A stretch of DNA of 64,000 bases from positions 46,252,001 through 46,316,000 of the forward strand of contig NC_091995.1 in NCBI RefSeq assembly GCF_044704955.1. Direction: 5' to 3'. Positions 38,631-52,339 of this stretch are shown piece after piece (position 1 is the stretch's first letter; every line of letters begins with the position of its first letter). Position numbers and translations under genes: made by a program. This stretch comes from Pristiophorus japonicus. Lineage: Eukaryota. The notes under the pieces are model-generated. The model was given only the letters and a program-made list of their open reading frames with translations. It made no database searches and was not told the origin of the DNA.

Positions 38631-39579
38631 AACTCAGATTATACACGTGCCGAATATATTGTTCATGCTGGCAGTCATGTCATGCAATAAAGAATATAGC
38701 CGCACAAGTCCCATGGTTTGACTTATCAGGAACCGCCCTTTGAAAATAGCAAAGGCTCAGGAAAGCAAAGCGGAACATGTTTCAGAGAGTTGCTCAGTTA
38801 AAACCCTGCGCAGTGAGACCGGAAGGTTTTGTAGATTTCCGATCCCCTCCTACATTATTCTGTTTATCTCGTTCCGTGAAACTCATTCGATCCAATGGGA
38901 AACAAATCACCTAGCGGCACTCGGGAAGAAATCTACGGTCCTCTTCCCAGCTTTACGAACTGCGGGCAGAACTGGATTAGAAAAGAACACACTGGTCAAC
39001 GGCAAAGACTTGAACCTGGAGTAAATCTGTGAAACAAATTGAAAACACCAGAGAGAATATTTCCCACTGAACCTTATGGGTAGCGGTAATAGAGCTGGCT
39101 GTTAAAATCATCAACAATCTCCTATCCCGTGTTTGTACCTCAACAGAACAGATGCAAAGCTCACTGGCCAACACAACTCGCCTTGTTAAGGTCAATGAAA
39201 GGCTGCTCATAGGCAGTTTGACTTTCACTATTTTTGCTGGGTGATCTAAAGTTTACAAGCTGCACAATCTGAAAATGTAACCGTCCTCACTTTAAGTGAA
39301 GCTGTAAATCTATCTGCTATGTACAGGTTGAAAAGAATGAAAAGAGGATTTTCAGACCAAACTATAAAAACACTTGTTCGTTGCCTCTCATTACTTGTTG
39401 TACCGCTGTACGTTTTCTGCCTGAAATTACCGTTGACAATATTAGTGTGACATGTTATTGTCCATTGCTTTAACACAGGTCATATCCCACTTGTAAATAG
39501 GCTGCACCATTAAAATAACAGGCAAAGTAATGTTATACCAATATGTTAAGCAATTTACCTCCACTATCACCAAGATTAA

Positions 39580-42500
39580 TTTAGGAATAGGAGGAGGCCA
39601 TTCAATCCCTCGAGCCTTTTGCTACCACTTGAATGGACCATGGCTGATCTGTATTTAACTCCATCTAATCAGAGAATTATACAGCATATATGGAGGCCAT
39701 TCGGGCCATTGTGCCTATGTCTGCTCTGTTCTAGAGCTAACCATTTAGTCCCACTCACCTGTTCTTTCGCCGTAACCCTGTTTTTCTTGTTGTCCCTTTA
39801 ATATTTGTCAAAATCAAAATTCAAATTTACTGTTAAATCTGCTTCCACCACCATATCATTCAGTGAATTACAGATAACAACAACTCACTGTGTAAAAATT
39901 GTTCCTGCAAGTCTCCTCTGGTTCTTTTGTCAATCATCTTAAATCTGTGACCACTGGTTATCGATATTTGTGCCACTGGAAATAGTTTCTCCTGACTTGC
40001 TCTATTAAAACCGTTCATTATTTTGAACACCTCTATAAAATCTCCTCTGAATCTTTTCTGTTTTAAGGACAACAACCACAGCTTCTCCAGTCTCTCCACA
40101 TAACTGAAGTTCCACATCCCTGGTACCATTCTAGTAAATCTCTTCTGCACTCTCTCCAACGTCGTGACCCATACTTCCTGAAGTTTGGTGCCCAGAATTG
40201 AACATATTATTTCAACTGAGACCTAATCAGTGTTTATAAAGGTTTAGCATATCTTCCTTGCTTTTGTGCTCTATTCCGGTATTAATAAAGCCCAGGATCC
40301 CATCGTTTTATCAGCCTTCTCAACTTGTCCTGCCACCTTCAAATATTATGACATACAGGTGCAAAGTATTTATTTATTAACTTAATTATGTTCTCCCTAC
40401 ATAAGAATATCTCCTTTTTGGTCCCTTCCTGTGACAAGCCTGTTACTCTTTATATTTACAAAGTGCTTTTATTTTACCTTTTATGTAAGTTTCTAATCTA
40501 CTCTCATATTCTCCATTTGCCCTTCTTATTCTTTATTCGATCTCCTCTGTACTATCTGTATTCAGCTTCATTCCCTACTGTATTATGAACTTGACATTTG
40601 TCATAAGGCTCCTCTTTCGGTCCCATTGTAATCTCTATATGATCAGTCACCCAGGAAGCTCTAGCTTTGGATGCCCTTCCTTTTCCCCTCGAACGAATGT
40701 GTTTAATATATACCCGAAACGTCCTCTCTTTGAAGGCTTCCCAATGTTAAATTACTCTGCCTTCCTGATTATTTGCTTTACCTGCATACTAACTTGTTGT
40801 GTTTCATGCATAAGGACCCCCAGATCCCTCTGTACTGTAGCACTTTGAAATTGTTCACCATTTAAATTATAGTTTGCTCTTCTATTTTTTGGCCAAAATG
40901 GAGAAACTCATGCTTTCCCACATTAATGTCTATCTACCAAATTTTTGCCCACTCACTTAGCCTGTCTATATCCCGTTGCAGATTTTTTGTGTCCCCACAA
41001 TTTGCTCTCCCACCCATCTTTGTATCATCAGCAATCTTGGCTACATTACACTCGGTTCCTTCATCCAAGTCAATAAAATAGATTGTCAATAGTTGAGACC
41101 CCAGCACCAATCCCTGCGGCACCACACTAGTTGCAGTTTGCCAACCGGAAAATCACCCATTTATCGTGACTCTCCGTTTTCTGTTAGTTAGCCAATCCTC
41201 TGTCCATGTTAATATATTACCCCCAACCCCATGAACTTTTATCTTGTGCATTAACCTTTTATGTGGCAACTTATTGAATGCTTTCTGGAAATCCAAATGC
41301 GCCACATCCACTAGTTCCCCCTTATCCACTGTTTCCCCTTATCCATTGAAACACTCATTATTCCTGCATGCATAGATGTGTATCTTTTAATTCCAAGTTA
41401 TAGCCATTGGACAATCATGAATCAGTTAAATGTTTTTAAGGTGTAGTGCTATCAGTCAATGTAATCGTTTTGTTCACATAATTAACCAGTGCTGGCTGTT
41501 GGATGATGTACCTAGAAATTTTTATCTGCCTGTGATATGTCCTTGACAGGAAACTGGCATGTTTGCATTTTCTTACCCAAATAAATTAACTTGTAAATTT
41601 AAATTCACGTACTGGTATGAATAAAACCAGTTCCAGTTGAATCCAGGAACAACATTTTCACACAATGTATTGTGACAATGTGGAACGCTGTGCCCAGAAT
41701 TACGTGAGGTGCTTTGAAAAAAATAGATAGCTACTTCATCTAACCCAAAGAGCATAGCCTTCTCTTCCTTCCTCCTTCATGGACTCCTCTTGCTTCCCCT
41801 TTAAGGCTTCAATGCTACTTACCTGATTTACTCCATGTGGCAGCAAGTTGCACATTCTAACCATCCTTTGGGTAAAAATGTTTTTCCTCAATGCTTTATT
41901 GGATTTACAATTGACTATCTTACTTTTATGCGCGCTAGTTTTGGTTTCCCACAAGTGGAAATGTCTTCTCTACATCGACCACATCAAACCTTAAAACCCT
42001 CTATCATCTCACCTCTCAGTCTTCACTTTTCTAGAGAAAAAAGCCCCAGCCTGTTCAGTCTTTCCTCATAGTAATAACCTCTCAGTTCTGGTATCATCCT
42101 TTTAAATATTTTTTGCAGCTTCTCCAGTGCCTCTATATCCTTTCTGTAATATGGAGACCAGAAGTGTACGCAGTACTCTGTGTGTAGCCTAACCAAGGTT
42201 CAGTACGTTTAACATAACTTCCTTTTTTTTGTTTCTATTCCTCTAGAAATGATCATAAGAACATAAGAAATAGGGGCAGGAGTAGGCCACCTCGCCCCTC
42301 GAGCCTGCTCCATCATTTAATAAGATCATGGCTGATCTGATCATGGACTCATCTCCACTTTCCTGGCCGCACCCCATATTCCCTTATCACTCAAAAATCT
42401 GTCTATCTCAGCATTAAATATATTCAATGACCCACCCTCCACAGCTCTCTGTGACAGAGAATTCCATAGATTTACAACACTCTGTGAGGAGAAATTCCTC

Positions 42501-45100
42501 CTCATCTCAATCAATTTTAAACAGGCAGCCTCTTATTCTAAGACTATGTCCCCTAGTTTTAGTTTCCCCTATGAGTGAAAATATCCTGTCTGCATCCACC
42601 TTGTCTGGCCCCCTCATTATCTTATATGTTTCGAAAAGATCACCTCTCATTATTCTGAACTCCAATGAGTATCGGCCCAAACTACTCAACCTATCTTCAT
42701 AATTCAACCCCATCATCTCCGGAATCAGTCTAGTGAACCGTCTCTGCACAGCCTCCAATGCAAGTACTGTATATCCTTCTTTAAATACGGACACCAAAAC
42801 TGTATGCAGTGCTCCAGGTATGGCCTCACCAATATCCTGTGCAGTTGTAGGAGGACTTCTCTGCTTTTATACTCTATTCCCCTTGCAATAACGGCCAACA
42901 TTCCATTTGCCCTCCTGAATATTGGTGTACCCGCATACTCACTTTTTGCGTTTCATGCACAATGACCCGCAGGTCTCTCTTTACTGCAGCACTTTGAAAT
43001 TTTTCTCCACTTAAATTATAATTTGCTTTTCTATTATTTCTGCCTCACATTGTACTCTATCTGCCATTTTTTCCCACTCACTTAACCGGTCTATATGCCT
43101 TTGCATATTTGTTGTGTCCTCCTCACAATTTGTTTTTCCACCCAACTTTGTATCATCAGCAAACTTGGCAACATTACACTCGGTCCATTCATCCAAGTCA
43201 TTACTATAGATTGTAAATAGCTGAGGCCCCAGCACCGCTCCCTGTGGCACCACACTAGTTACAGTTTGCCAACCGGAAAATTACCCATTTATCGTCACTC
43301 TCTGTTTTCTGTTAGTTAACCAATCCTTCATCTATGTTAATATATTTCTCCCAAGCCCGTCAACTTTTATCTTGTGCAGTAACCTTTAATACAGCACCTT
43401 ATTGATTGCCTTTGGGAAATCCAAATGCACCACATCCACTGGTTCCTCTTTTTCCACCCTGCTCGTTACATCCTCAAAAAACTCCAGCAAATGTGTGAAA
43501 CATGATTTTCCTTTCATAAAACCATGCTAACTCTGCTTGATTGAATTATGCTTTTCCAAATGTCCCGCTACTGCTTCCTTCATAATGGACTCCAGCATTT
43601 TCCCAACGACAGATGTTCGGCTAACTGGCCTATAGTTTCCTGCTTTTCGTCTGCCTGCTTTTTTAAATAGGAGCGTTACATTTGCAGTTTTCCAATCCGT
43701 TGGGACCGCCCCAGAATCCAGTAAATTTTGGTAGTTCACAACCAATGCATCCACTATCTCCACACCTGCTTATTTTAAGACCCGAGGATGTAAGCCATCA
43801 GGTCCAGGGGACTTGTTTGCCTTTAGTCCCAATATTTTACCGAATTCTACTTCTGTAGTGTTAGTGAATGTATTAAGTTCCTCCTCCCCAAAGCCTCTTG
43901 ATTATCCACTATTGCGATGTTTTTAGTGTCTTCTACTGTGAAGACCGATAAGAAAAAATTGTTCAATGTCTCTGCCATTTCCCCATTCTCCATTATTAAT
44001 TCCCCAGGCCCATCCTCTAGGGGACCAACATTTACTTTAGCCAGTCATTTCCTTTTTATGTACCTGTAGAAACTCTTACTATTTGTTTTTATATTTCGTG
44101 CTAGTTTAGTTTCATAATCTATCTTTCCTCTCTATCATTTTTTTAGTCATTCTTTGCTGGCTTTTAAAAGTTTCCCAATCCTCTGGCCTCCTACTAGTCT
44201 TGGCCACATTGTATGCCCTTGTTTTCAATTTGATACCATCTCTTATTTCCTAAGTTCGGTGCAGATGGCTATTCCTTCTCTGACAGCCTTTCCTTCTCAT
44301 TCAGATACATTTTTTGTTGTGAGTTATGAAATATCTCCTTAAATGTCTGCCATTGCTCATCAACTTCTTTAGTCTATTTTCCCAGTCCACTTTAGCCAAC
44401 TCTGCCCTCATACCTTTGTCGTCTCCTTTATTTAAGTTTAGGACACTGGTTTGAGATCCAACTTTCTCATCCTTCAACTAAATTTGAAATTCAACCATGT
44501 TATGGTCACTCATTCCCAGAGGATCCTTTACTAGCAGATCATTTATTAATCCTGTCTCATTACACAGTACCAGATCGAAGATCGCCTGCTCCCTGGTTGG
44601 TTCCACAAGGAAATGATCCCGGATACACTCTATGAACTGTTCCTCAAGGCTACCCTGCCACAGTGCTTACTTTGCATTTCATGGCCTTATTAATTTACGT
44701 TGCTACTTTTAATGATTTCTGAATGTTTACCATTATGCCCCTTTGTCCTCTACCCATTTAGATGCTTAATTTCCAAGATGTGTGTGACACCCCTATCCCT
44801 CCTACCAAAATACACCACCTCACACTTATTTATATAGAAATTCAGTAGTCATTTGCGCTCACATTCTGCAAGGTTATTAAAATCTAATTGTATAACAGTC
44901 TTCCTCAGTGCTAACTGTACTCCCCAATTTGGTGCCATCCGCAAATGTCGAAATTGTACAAATTGTTTATGTAAATGGTGCACAGCAGTGGTCCCGGCAC
45001 CGATCCCAGTAGAACCCCACTCCCCACCTTCCATCAGTCTGATTAACTACCCTCACCCACTCTTCACTGTGTGCTGCTTTGTAGTCAGTTTGCTCTCCTT
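39580..45100 (-). mobile_element. Stack of nested CR1 LINE fragments in MHC intron 1 (about 39580-41340, 41690-42250, 42256-44660, 44690-45100)
   Basis: Repeated VPQGxVLG, ADDTK, RGDLxExxKI and NYRPVS motifs, several 3' tails (cataagaacataagaa). Confidence 0.88.
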
Positions 45101-45289
45101 CTACTCTATATCTCACTCTTTGTTTCTCTCCCTGTCCTTGTATTATTATCTCTCTCTCTCTCTGTCTCTCTCTCTCTCACTCCCGCCCCCACCCCCCACA
45201 GCCCCCCCCCCCTTTCTCTCTCTCTTTGTGCCCATGTCTCTTTTTCACTCTGTTGTCTCTGATTCAGTATTAATTGAAAAGTATCCTTA

Positions 45290-46970
45290 AATATTTGAGT
45301 GAGTGTGTGGAAGGAGAGGGAGAGAATGTAGGGAGAGAGCAAAATGTGGGGGAGGGATACAGTGGAATGAGGGGAGATACCAGAACGGAGGGAAGAGATT
45401 CAAGGGGAGGGAGGAGAGTGAAGAGGCATGAGAGTGTGGAGAGGGGTTGGGGGATTTGGAGAGGGCGAGGTGGAGAGTGGAGGGGTGGGAGAGAGTGGAT
45501 TGTGTAGAGTGGAGGGAAAGGAGAGAGTGAAGCGGTGGGAGAAAGAGGAGGTGGGAGAGTAGAGAGGTGAGGGGAGAGTGGAGCCGAGGAGAGACTGAAG
45601 AGGAGGAAACGGGAGACGTGGAGTGGGAAAGTGGTGGGGACGGATAGAGTGAACGGGAGTGAGAGATGGGACAGGGGGAGAGGGAGAGTGGATGTGAGGG
45701 AGAGATTGTAGAGCTGAAATGGGAGCATAGAGGGGATAGGAGGAGTGAAGGGGAGGGAGAGGGGACAGGGGGAGAGGTATAGTGGATGTTAGGGAGAGAT
45801 TGGGGAGCTGAAGTGGGAGAGTGGAGGGGATAGGAGGAGTGAAGGGAAAGGAGGGGGTGGGAGTGAGAGAGTGTAGGATATAGGTAGTGTGAAGAGCAGG
45901 GAGATAAAGGAGATGGACAAGGAGAGTGTGGTTGTGAGGGGAGAGTGGAGAGCTGGAGTGGTAGAGCGGATATGAGGGACAGAGAGAAGGGGAGAGAGTG
46001 GAAGGAGACAAAGAAAATTTGGGAGAGGGCGAGATTGGATGGGGAGTGTATAGATTGGAGGGGACGGATGGGAGGGGAGAAAGTAGAGGAGATGGAGTGG
46101 AGGGGAGGGGGAGGATCAAAGGGAGGGGACAGGTGGGGATAATGTAGTGGTGTGGAATGGGAGTGAACAGGGAGCGAATGGATGGGACAAAGTTGAGGGG
46201 AGAGGAGCAAGGGGAGGGGACAAAGGAGAGGAAGAGAATGGAGTGGAGAGGAAGGGGAGGGGGACGGGAGAGAGTGGATGGGGAGCTGGTAGAGGGGTAG
46301 GGAGGGAATGGAGCGGAGTGGGGTATAGTCGTGGTGTGGAATTGGAGCGAAAAGGGAGAGAGTGGATGGGACAGAGTGGAGGGAATGGAGCGTGGGGATC
46401 AAGGAGAGGGGACAGAAATGAGGGAGAGAATGGAGTGTAGGGGAGGGAGGGTACAGGGAGAGAATGGATGGGGAGGGGTCAGAGTGAAGGGAAGGGAGGG
46501 AGGGGACAAGGAGAGATGGATGGGGAGGTGACAGAGTGGAGGGGAGGGAGGGATGGGACAGGGAGAGATGGATGGGGAGAGGACGGTGTGGAGGGGAGGG
46601 AGGGGACAGGGAGAGGAGGATGGGGCATGTACAGAGTGGTGGGGAGGGAGAGGACAGGGAGAGCTGGAAGGGGAGGAGACGGAGTGGAGGGGAGGGAAGG
46701 GACAAAGTGAGATTGGATGGGGAGGCAATGGAGTGGAGGGGAGTGAGGGGACAGGGAGAGTGGATGGGGAGGGGAGAGAGTGGAGGGGAGGGAAGGGACA
46801 GGAAGAGATTGGATTGGGAGGGGATGGAGTGGAGGGGAGTGAGGGGACTGGATAGAGTGGATGGGGAGGGGACGGAGTGGAGGGGAAGGAGGGGACAGGG
46901 GGAGAGTGGATCGGGAGGGGAGAGCGTAGAGGGGAGGGAAGGGACAGGGGGAGAGTGGATGGGGAGGTCG
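45290..46970. repeat. About 1.7 kb G/A-rich low-complexity tract
   Basis: Near-homopurine with recurring gagagtggatggggagg and gagtggagggg motifs. Confidence 0.9.
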
Positions 46971-47142
46971 CAGGTATGCTGTGGATGCGAAGAAAAATAA
47001 GTTCATGTGGTATTTTACAGGAGGCAGTGAACCGGTTATTTTAAAATGTTTAACGGTTCCAATAAATATCAAGATGTATCAGTCTCCACACAGGTTCCCA
47101 GAGTTAGAATCCACAAATCATTAACACAGCAGAAAAAATAAT

Positions 47143-50100
47143 TGTTATGTATCTCACACTACTCTATATAACTGTATCTTACCATGCTATACATGATTGT
47201 AACTAGATATGACCTGTAACTACAAGCATACTTTACCACCAGGGGTGCACTTGCAGGAGACATTGCATACCTGTTCCACACAGGTATATAAAGGCAGGTC
47301 TCAGACAAGTGTGGCACTCGAGAGCTGGGAAATAAAGGTGCAGGTCCAGAGTGACCTTGACTTCAGCATGTGCCTCGTGTAAATCTGTACTGCAGGGTCA
47401 GGACTTTACAGTGGCGACGAGTTACGGGATCACAGAATCCACAGAATGGCTACCAACGGCTCAGATTAGAAATACAATGCTGGAGACAATTGGGAGGACT
47501 TTATAGAAAGGCTCCAGCAAAGCTTTGTAACCAAAGACTGGTTGGGCGACGATAAGGCAGACAAGAGAAGAGCCCATCTCCTGACCAGCTGTGGCTCGAA
47601 AACATACGCCTTAATGAAGGACCTGCTGACACACGAGAAACCAGCAAGCAAGTCGTTTGAGGAGTTGAGCACACTGGTGAGAGACCACTTGAAGCCAGCG
47701 AGCAGCCGACACATGGCCAGACACAGGTTCTACAACGACAGACGCTGTGTGGGCCAGAGTATACCCGACTTTGTGGCGGAACTTCGGAGGCTGGCTAGTT
47801 TATGTGAGTTCTCCGATGAACTAAGGAGAGAAGTACTGAGAGACTTTTTTATTGAAGGAATAGGCCACACAGGCATATTCCGAAAGCTTATAGAGACCAA
47901 GAACTTGACCCTAGAGGCAGCAGCACTGGTCACACAGACATTCTTAGCAGGAGAAGAAGAAATGAGGTTGATCAATACTGCGGGTACAACAACTAACGAA
48001 ACATCGGAACAAGTTGTTCACAGCGTGAAACAGCCGCTACCCCCACACACAGACAAAGGCAGGAGAGCAGTCCTTCAACAGCAGGCAGTGGCGCCAGAAG
48101 CCATCAAGGGCCACATGAACGGCCGTTCACACCTCATCAACCCACAATGTGAGCAATCAACTACAGACTGAGAGAAGCTCAAGAGAGACCAGCCAGACGC
48201 AGCTCATCCTTCGGAAACAATGGAAGTGGTCTGTGCTGGAGATGTGGGGGAAGGCACTCAACAAGTGGGTGTCGATTTCATCATGCTGTTTGCAGAAACT
48301 GCAACTATACAAGCCATCTTGCTCGCATGTGCAGAAAAACAGCAGCTCGGCTGGTATACGAATCAGAAGGGTCGGAAAGCAGACCAGAAGACGGTGGGGA
48401 CAGTGCCCGGGATGCTGAGGTACAGCGGGTCAACACGATCAATGTCCACTGTTCTTACAACAAGACGCCTCCAATAATGATGAGGGTCCTACTCAACGGG
48501 ATACCCGTCAACATGGAACTGGACACGGGAGCTCGTCAATCTCTCATGAGCGTCCAACAATTTGAACATCTGTGGCCGCACAAAAGCAACAGACTAAAAC
48601 TCACTAGGATCGACACCAAACTAAGGATCTATACCAAAGAAATTGTCCCAGTCCTTGGCAGCGCCATGCTCTCAGTCACACACAAACGGACGGTGAACCA
48701 ACTTCCCCTGTGGATTGTCCCCGGAGATCTCCCAGCACTGTTGATGAGAAGCTGGCTGGCAAAACTAAATTGGAAATGGGATGATGTTCATGCCATGTCG
48801 TCAGAGGAACGGAGCTCCTGCTCAACAGTTCTAAGTCATTTTGAAGATCTCTTTCAGCCAGGGGTGGGCACCTTCAAAGGGACAAAAGTTAAAATCTACA
48901 TCACACAGGATGCCAGACGGGTCCATCACAAGGCTAGAGCTGTGCCTTATGTGATGAAGGAAAAGATTGAACACGAACTGGACCCGCTTCTGCGGAAAGG
49001 CATTATCTCACCCGTGGAATTTAGCAACTGGGCAAGTCCTATCATTCCCGTCATGAAGCCTGATGGACCTGTACGAATCTGTGGGGATTACAAGTCTACC
49101 ATAAACAGAGTCTCCCTACAGGACCAATACCCGCTGCCCAGAGCGGAGGACCTGTTTGCTACATTGGCTGGAGGAAAACTTTTCTCGAAACTAGACCTCA
49201 CATCTGCGTATATGACGCAAGAACTGACCAAAGAGTCTAAGCTACTCACCACCATCAACACATATTGAGGTTTTTTTCTGTACAATCGATGCCCAGTCGG
49301 CATCAGGTCGACAGCTGCTATATTCCAGCACAACATGGAGAGTCTGCTCAAGTCCATCCCAGGGACAGTTGTGTTTGAAGATGACATTCTCATCACGGGC
49401 AGGGACACCAACTCCAATCTCCGCAATTTGGAAGAAGTACAAAGTCGATTGGATCGGGTAGGCCTAAGAGTTAAGAAATCCAAGTGTCTGTTTCTCGCGC
49501 CCAAGGTTGAATTTTTGGGCAGAAGGATTGCTGTTGATGGAATCCGCCCAACAGAATCCAAAACCGAAGCAATTCGTCTGGCACCCAGGCCCCGGAATGT
49601 CTCGGAACTGCGCGCCTTTCTCGGACTACTCAATTACTTTGAGAACTTTATGCAGAACTTGAGCATGCTGCTGGAGCCTCTCCACGTGCTACTCAGAAAG
49701 GGGTGCCATTGGTTTTGGGGGTACACCCAAGAACGCGCCTTCAATAATGCAACCTTCTATGTTCCAACAGTGTTTTAGCATTTTTTGACTCAGGTAAAAA
49801 GCTAGTTCTTACATGTGATGCGTTAGCATACGGGGTCGGGTGCGTTTTACAGCATGTCAATGATGCGGGTAAATTACAACCCATTGTTTATGCCTCCAGG
49901 TCACTTTCGCGGGTGGAGCGCAGGTACGGTATGTTTGAGAAGGAGGCGCTCGCATGCATGTACGGTGTCAAAAAGATGCACAAATACCTTTTCAGAGCCA
50001 AGTTTGCGTTAGAAACCGACCACAAACCCCTCACATCCCTGCTATCCGAGAGCAAGGCAATAAATGCCAAAACCTCGGCTCGTATTCAGTGGTGGGCACT

Positions 50101-51922
50101 CATGCAGGCATCTTACGACTACACAATAAGGCATAGACCAGGCACAGATAACTGTGCCGACGTGCTTAGCAGGCTACTCCTGGCGACTATGGAAGAGTCC
50201 GACGAACAGGACTGTGAGATGGTCATGGCAATCAATGCCTTTGAATCCACAGGTTCGCCCATGACGGCTCGCCAAATCAGAGCCTGGACGACCACCGACC
50301 CCACGTTATCCTTAGTCAAAAAATGTGTTTTAACTGGTGACTAGGAAGAGGCTCACGATGCCTGCCCCGAGGAGATCAAACCTTTCCATAGGCGCATGCT
50401 TGAACTATCATTACAGGCAGACTTCCTGATGTGGGGCAGCTGAGTAGTTATGCCCTTGCGAGGCTGAACGGTGTTTGTCAGGGAGCTCCACCACGAGCAC
50501 CCGGGGATCGTCCTTATGAAGGCCTTAGCCAAATCCCACGTCTGGTGGCCTGGCATTGACGTGGACTTGGAGCTCTGCATCAGGCGGTGCACCATTTGTG
50601 CCCAACTCAGTAATGCCCCCAGGGAGGCCGCCCTAAGCCCCTGGCCCTGGCCCACCAAACCGTGGTCGCAGGTACATGTAGACTATGAGGGCCCATTCAT
50701 AGGCAAAATGTTCCTCGTAGTCGTCGATGCATTTTCAAAGTGGATCTAGTGCACCATTTTAAACTCAAGCACCACCTCAACCACTGTGGAGAGCCTTAGA
50801 ACCATGTTTGCAAATGCACGGAATTCCTGACATATTGTTCAGTGATAATGGTCCGTGCTTTACCAGAATTTCAAGATTTTATAGTTGACCACGGCATAAA
50901 TCACGTTAAGACGGCACCATTCATGCCGGCCTCCAATGGCCAGGTGGAGCGAGCAGTGCAATTCGTTAAACAAGGCATGCTAAAAATCCAAGGTCCTACG
51001 CTGCAGAGCCGCCAGTCGCGACTGCTGCTGGCATACAGATCTTGTCCGCATTCGTTGACTGGGGTTACCCCTGCGCAACTATTGATGAAACGGGCCTTAA
51101 AGACTAGGCTCTCGTTAATCCTCCCAGACATGCATGATATTGTTGAGGCAAAACGCCGAAAGCTAACTGAGTACCATGACCAAAATTCGAGGGGGAGGTG
51201 GAATGAGATAGGGGACAAAGTGTCTGTGCTAAGCTATGGCAGGGGTCCCAAATGGCTTGCAGGGACAGTAACAGGCAAGGAAGGAAACAGGCTGCTGGTT
51301 GTACAAATGGACAATGGCCAAACCTGCCAGAGGCATGTAGACCAAGTAAAAAGTAGATTCACCAACAACACTGCAGAACCAGAGGCAGACTACAATGTGG
51401 AACTCACACCACACCTGATGGACAGACAGAGGGAATAACCTGAGGAAAGGGCAGTCTCAACAGACAGCCCAGGCTAGATACCAGCAATCATACTGAATGA
51501 AACAGACAGCCCAGGCGAGATACCAGCAATCACACCGAAAGAAAAACAGGCACCAAGGCAAACAACTGAACCACAACTAAGACGCTCCACGCGAGAGCAT
51601 AGACCACCTGAGAGACTGAATCTATAAAGAAAATAAGACCTTGGGGGACGTTGATGTCATGTATCTCACAGCACTGTATATAACTGTATCTTACCATGCT
51701 ATACATGACTGTAACTAGATATGACCTGTAACCACAAGCATACTTTACCACCAGGGGTGCACTTGCAGGAGACATTGCATTCCTGTTCCACACAGGTATA
51801 TAAAGGCAGGTCTCAGGCAAGTGTGCCACTCGAGAGCTGGGAAATAACGGTGCAGGTCCAGAGTGACCTTGACTTCAGCATGTGCCTCGTGTAAGTCTGT
51901 ACTGCAGGGTCAGGACTTTACA
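47143..51922 (+). mobile_element. Full-length Ty3/Gypsy LTR retrotransposon (Mag-like), defective
   Basis: 268-bp LTRs at 47143-47410 and 51655-51922 (TG...CA, about 11 differences by eye); TSD ataat; PBS tggcgacgag (tRNA-Ser GCT-like); gag with two Cys/His knuckles, protease ELDTGA, RT RICGDYK...FEDD, RNase H ETDHKPL, integrase with HHCC and SDNG...ER; several stops and frameshifts. Confidence 0.96.
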
Positions 51923-52062
51923 ATAATTTTACTGCAGATTATATCATAGTTGATTGCTGAGTTTCTAGACTATCCTTATCTCTCCACTCATGGTGCAGGA
52001 GTGCTGAGTATCTTTAGAATTTTCAGTTGATGCTCATATTTAAAGTTTTCGCATTGCTATGC

Positions 52063-52320
52063 CCTGGAAACTATCCCTGGTTTACTGAGTCCTGTAACTG
52101 TTACAGTCTCGCTCACACCGGGCCTGGAATGTGTCACTGTTTTACTGAGTCCTGTAACTGTTACAGACTCGCTCAGACCGGGGCCGGGAATGTATCCCTG
52201 GTTTACTGAGTCCTGTAACTGTTACAGACTCCCTCAGACCATGGACTAGATTGTTTACGGAGTCCTGTAACTGTTACAGACTCCCTCTCACCGGGGCCGG
52301 GAATAGATCCCTGGTTTGCA
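52063..52320. repeat. About 60-bp tandem repeat, about 4 copies, with a palindromic core
   Basis: tttactgagtcctgtaactgttacag units at 52081, 52142, 52202 and 52254. Confidence 0.9.
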
Positions 52321-52339
52321 GAATGTCACAGGGTCTCTC

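Noticed and set aside
38634-38714. aaccATGg ORF (MGLVRLYSLL...) as the class I leader exon
   Set aside because: It ends in TGA at the putative donor, has the wrong phase and a weak hydrophobic core; 54441-54492 fits better.
45270-47072. Long Pro/Ser/Leu- and Gly/Glu/Arg-rich ORFs (up to 472 aa), and similar ORFs at 18237-19281 and 52251-53191
   Set aside because: Stop-poor low-complexity DNA; no domain or splice support.
49088-51218. Antisense ORFs over Gypsy pol, and likewise over CR1 and ERV pol
   Set aside because: Shadow frames of retroelement coding sequence.
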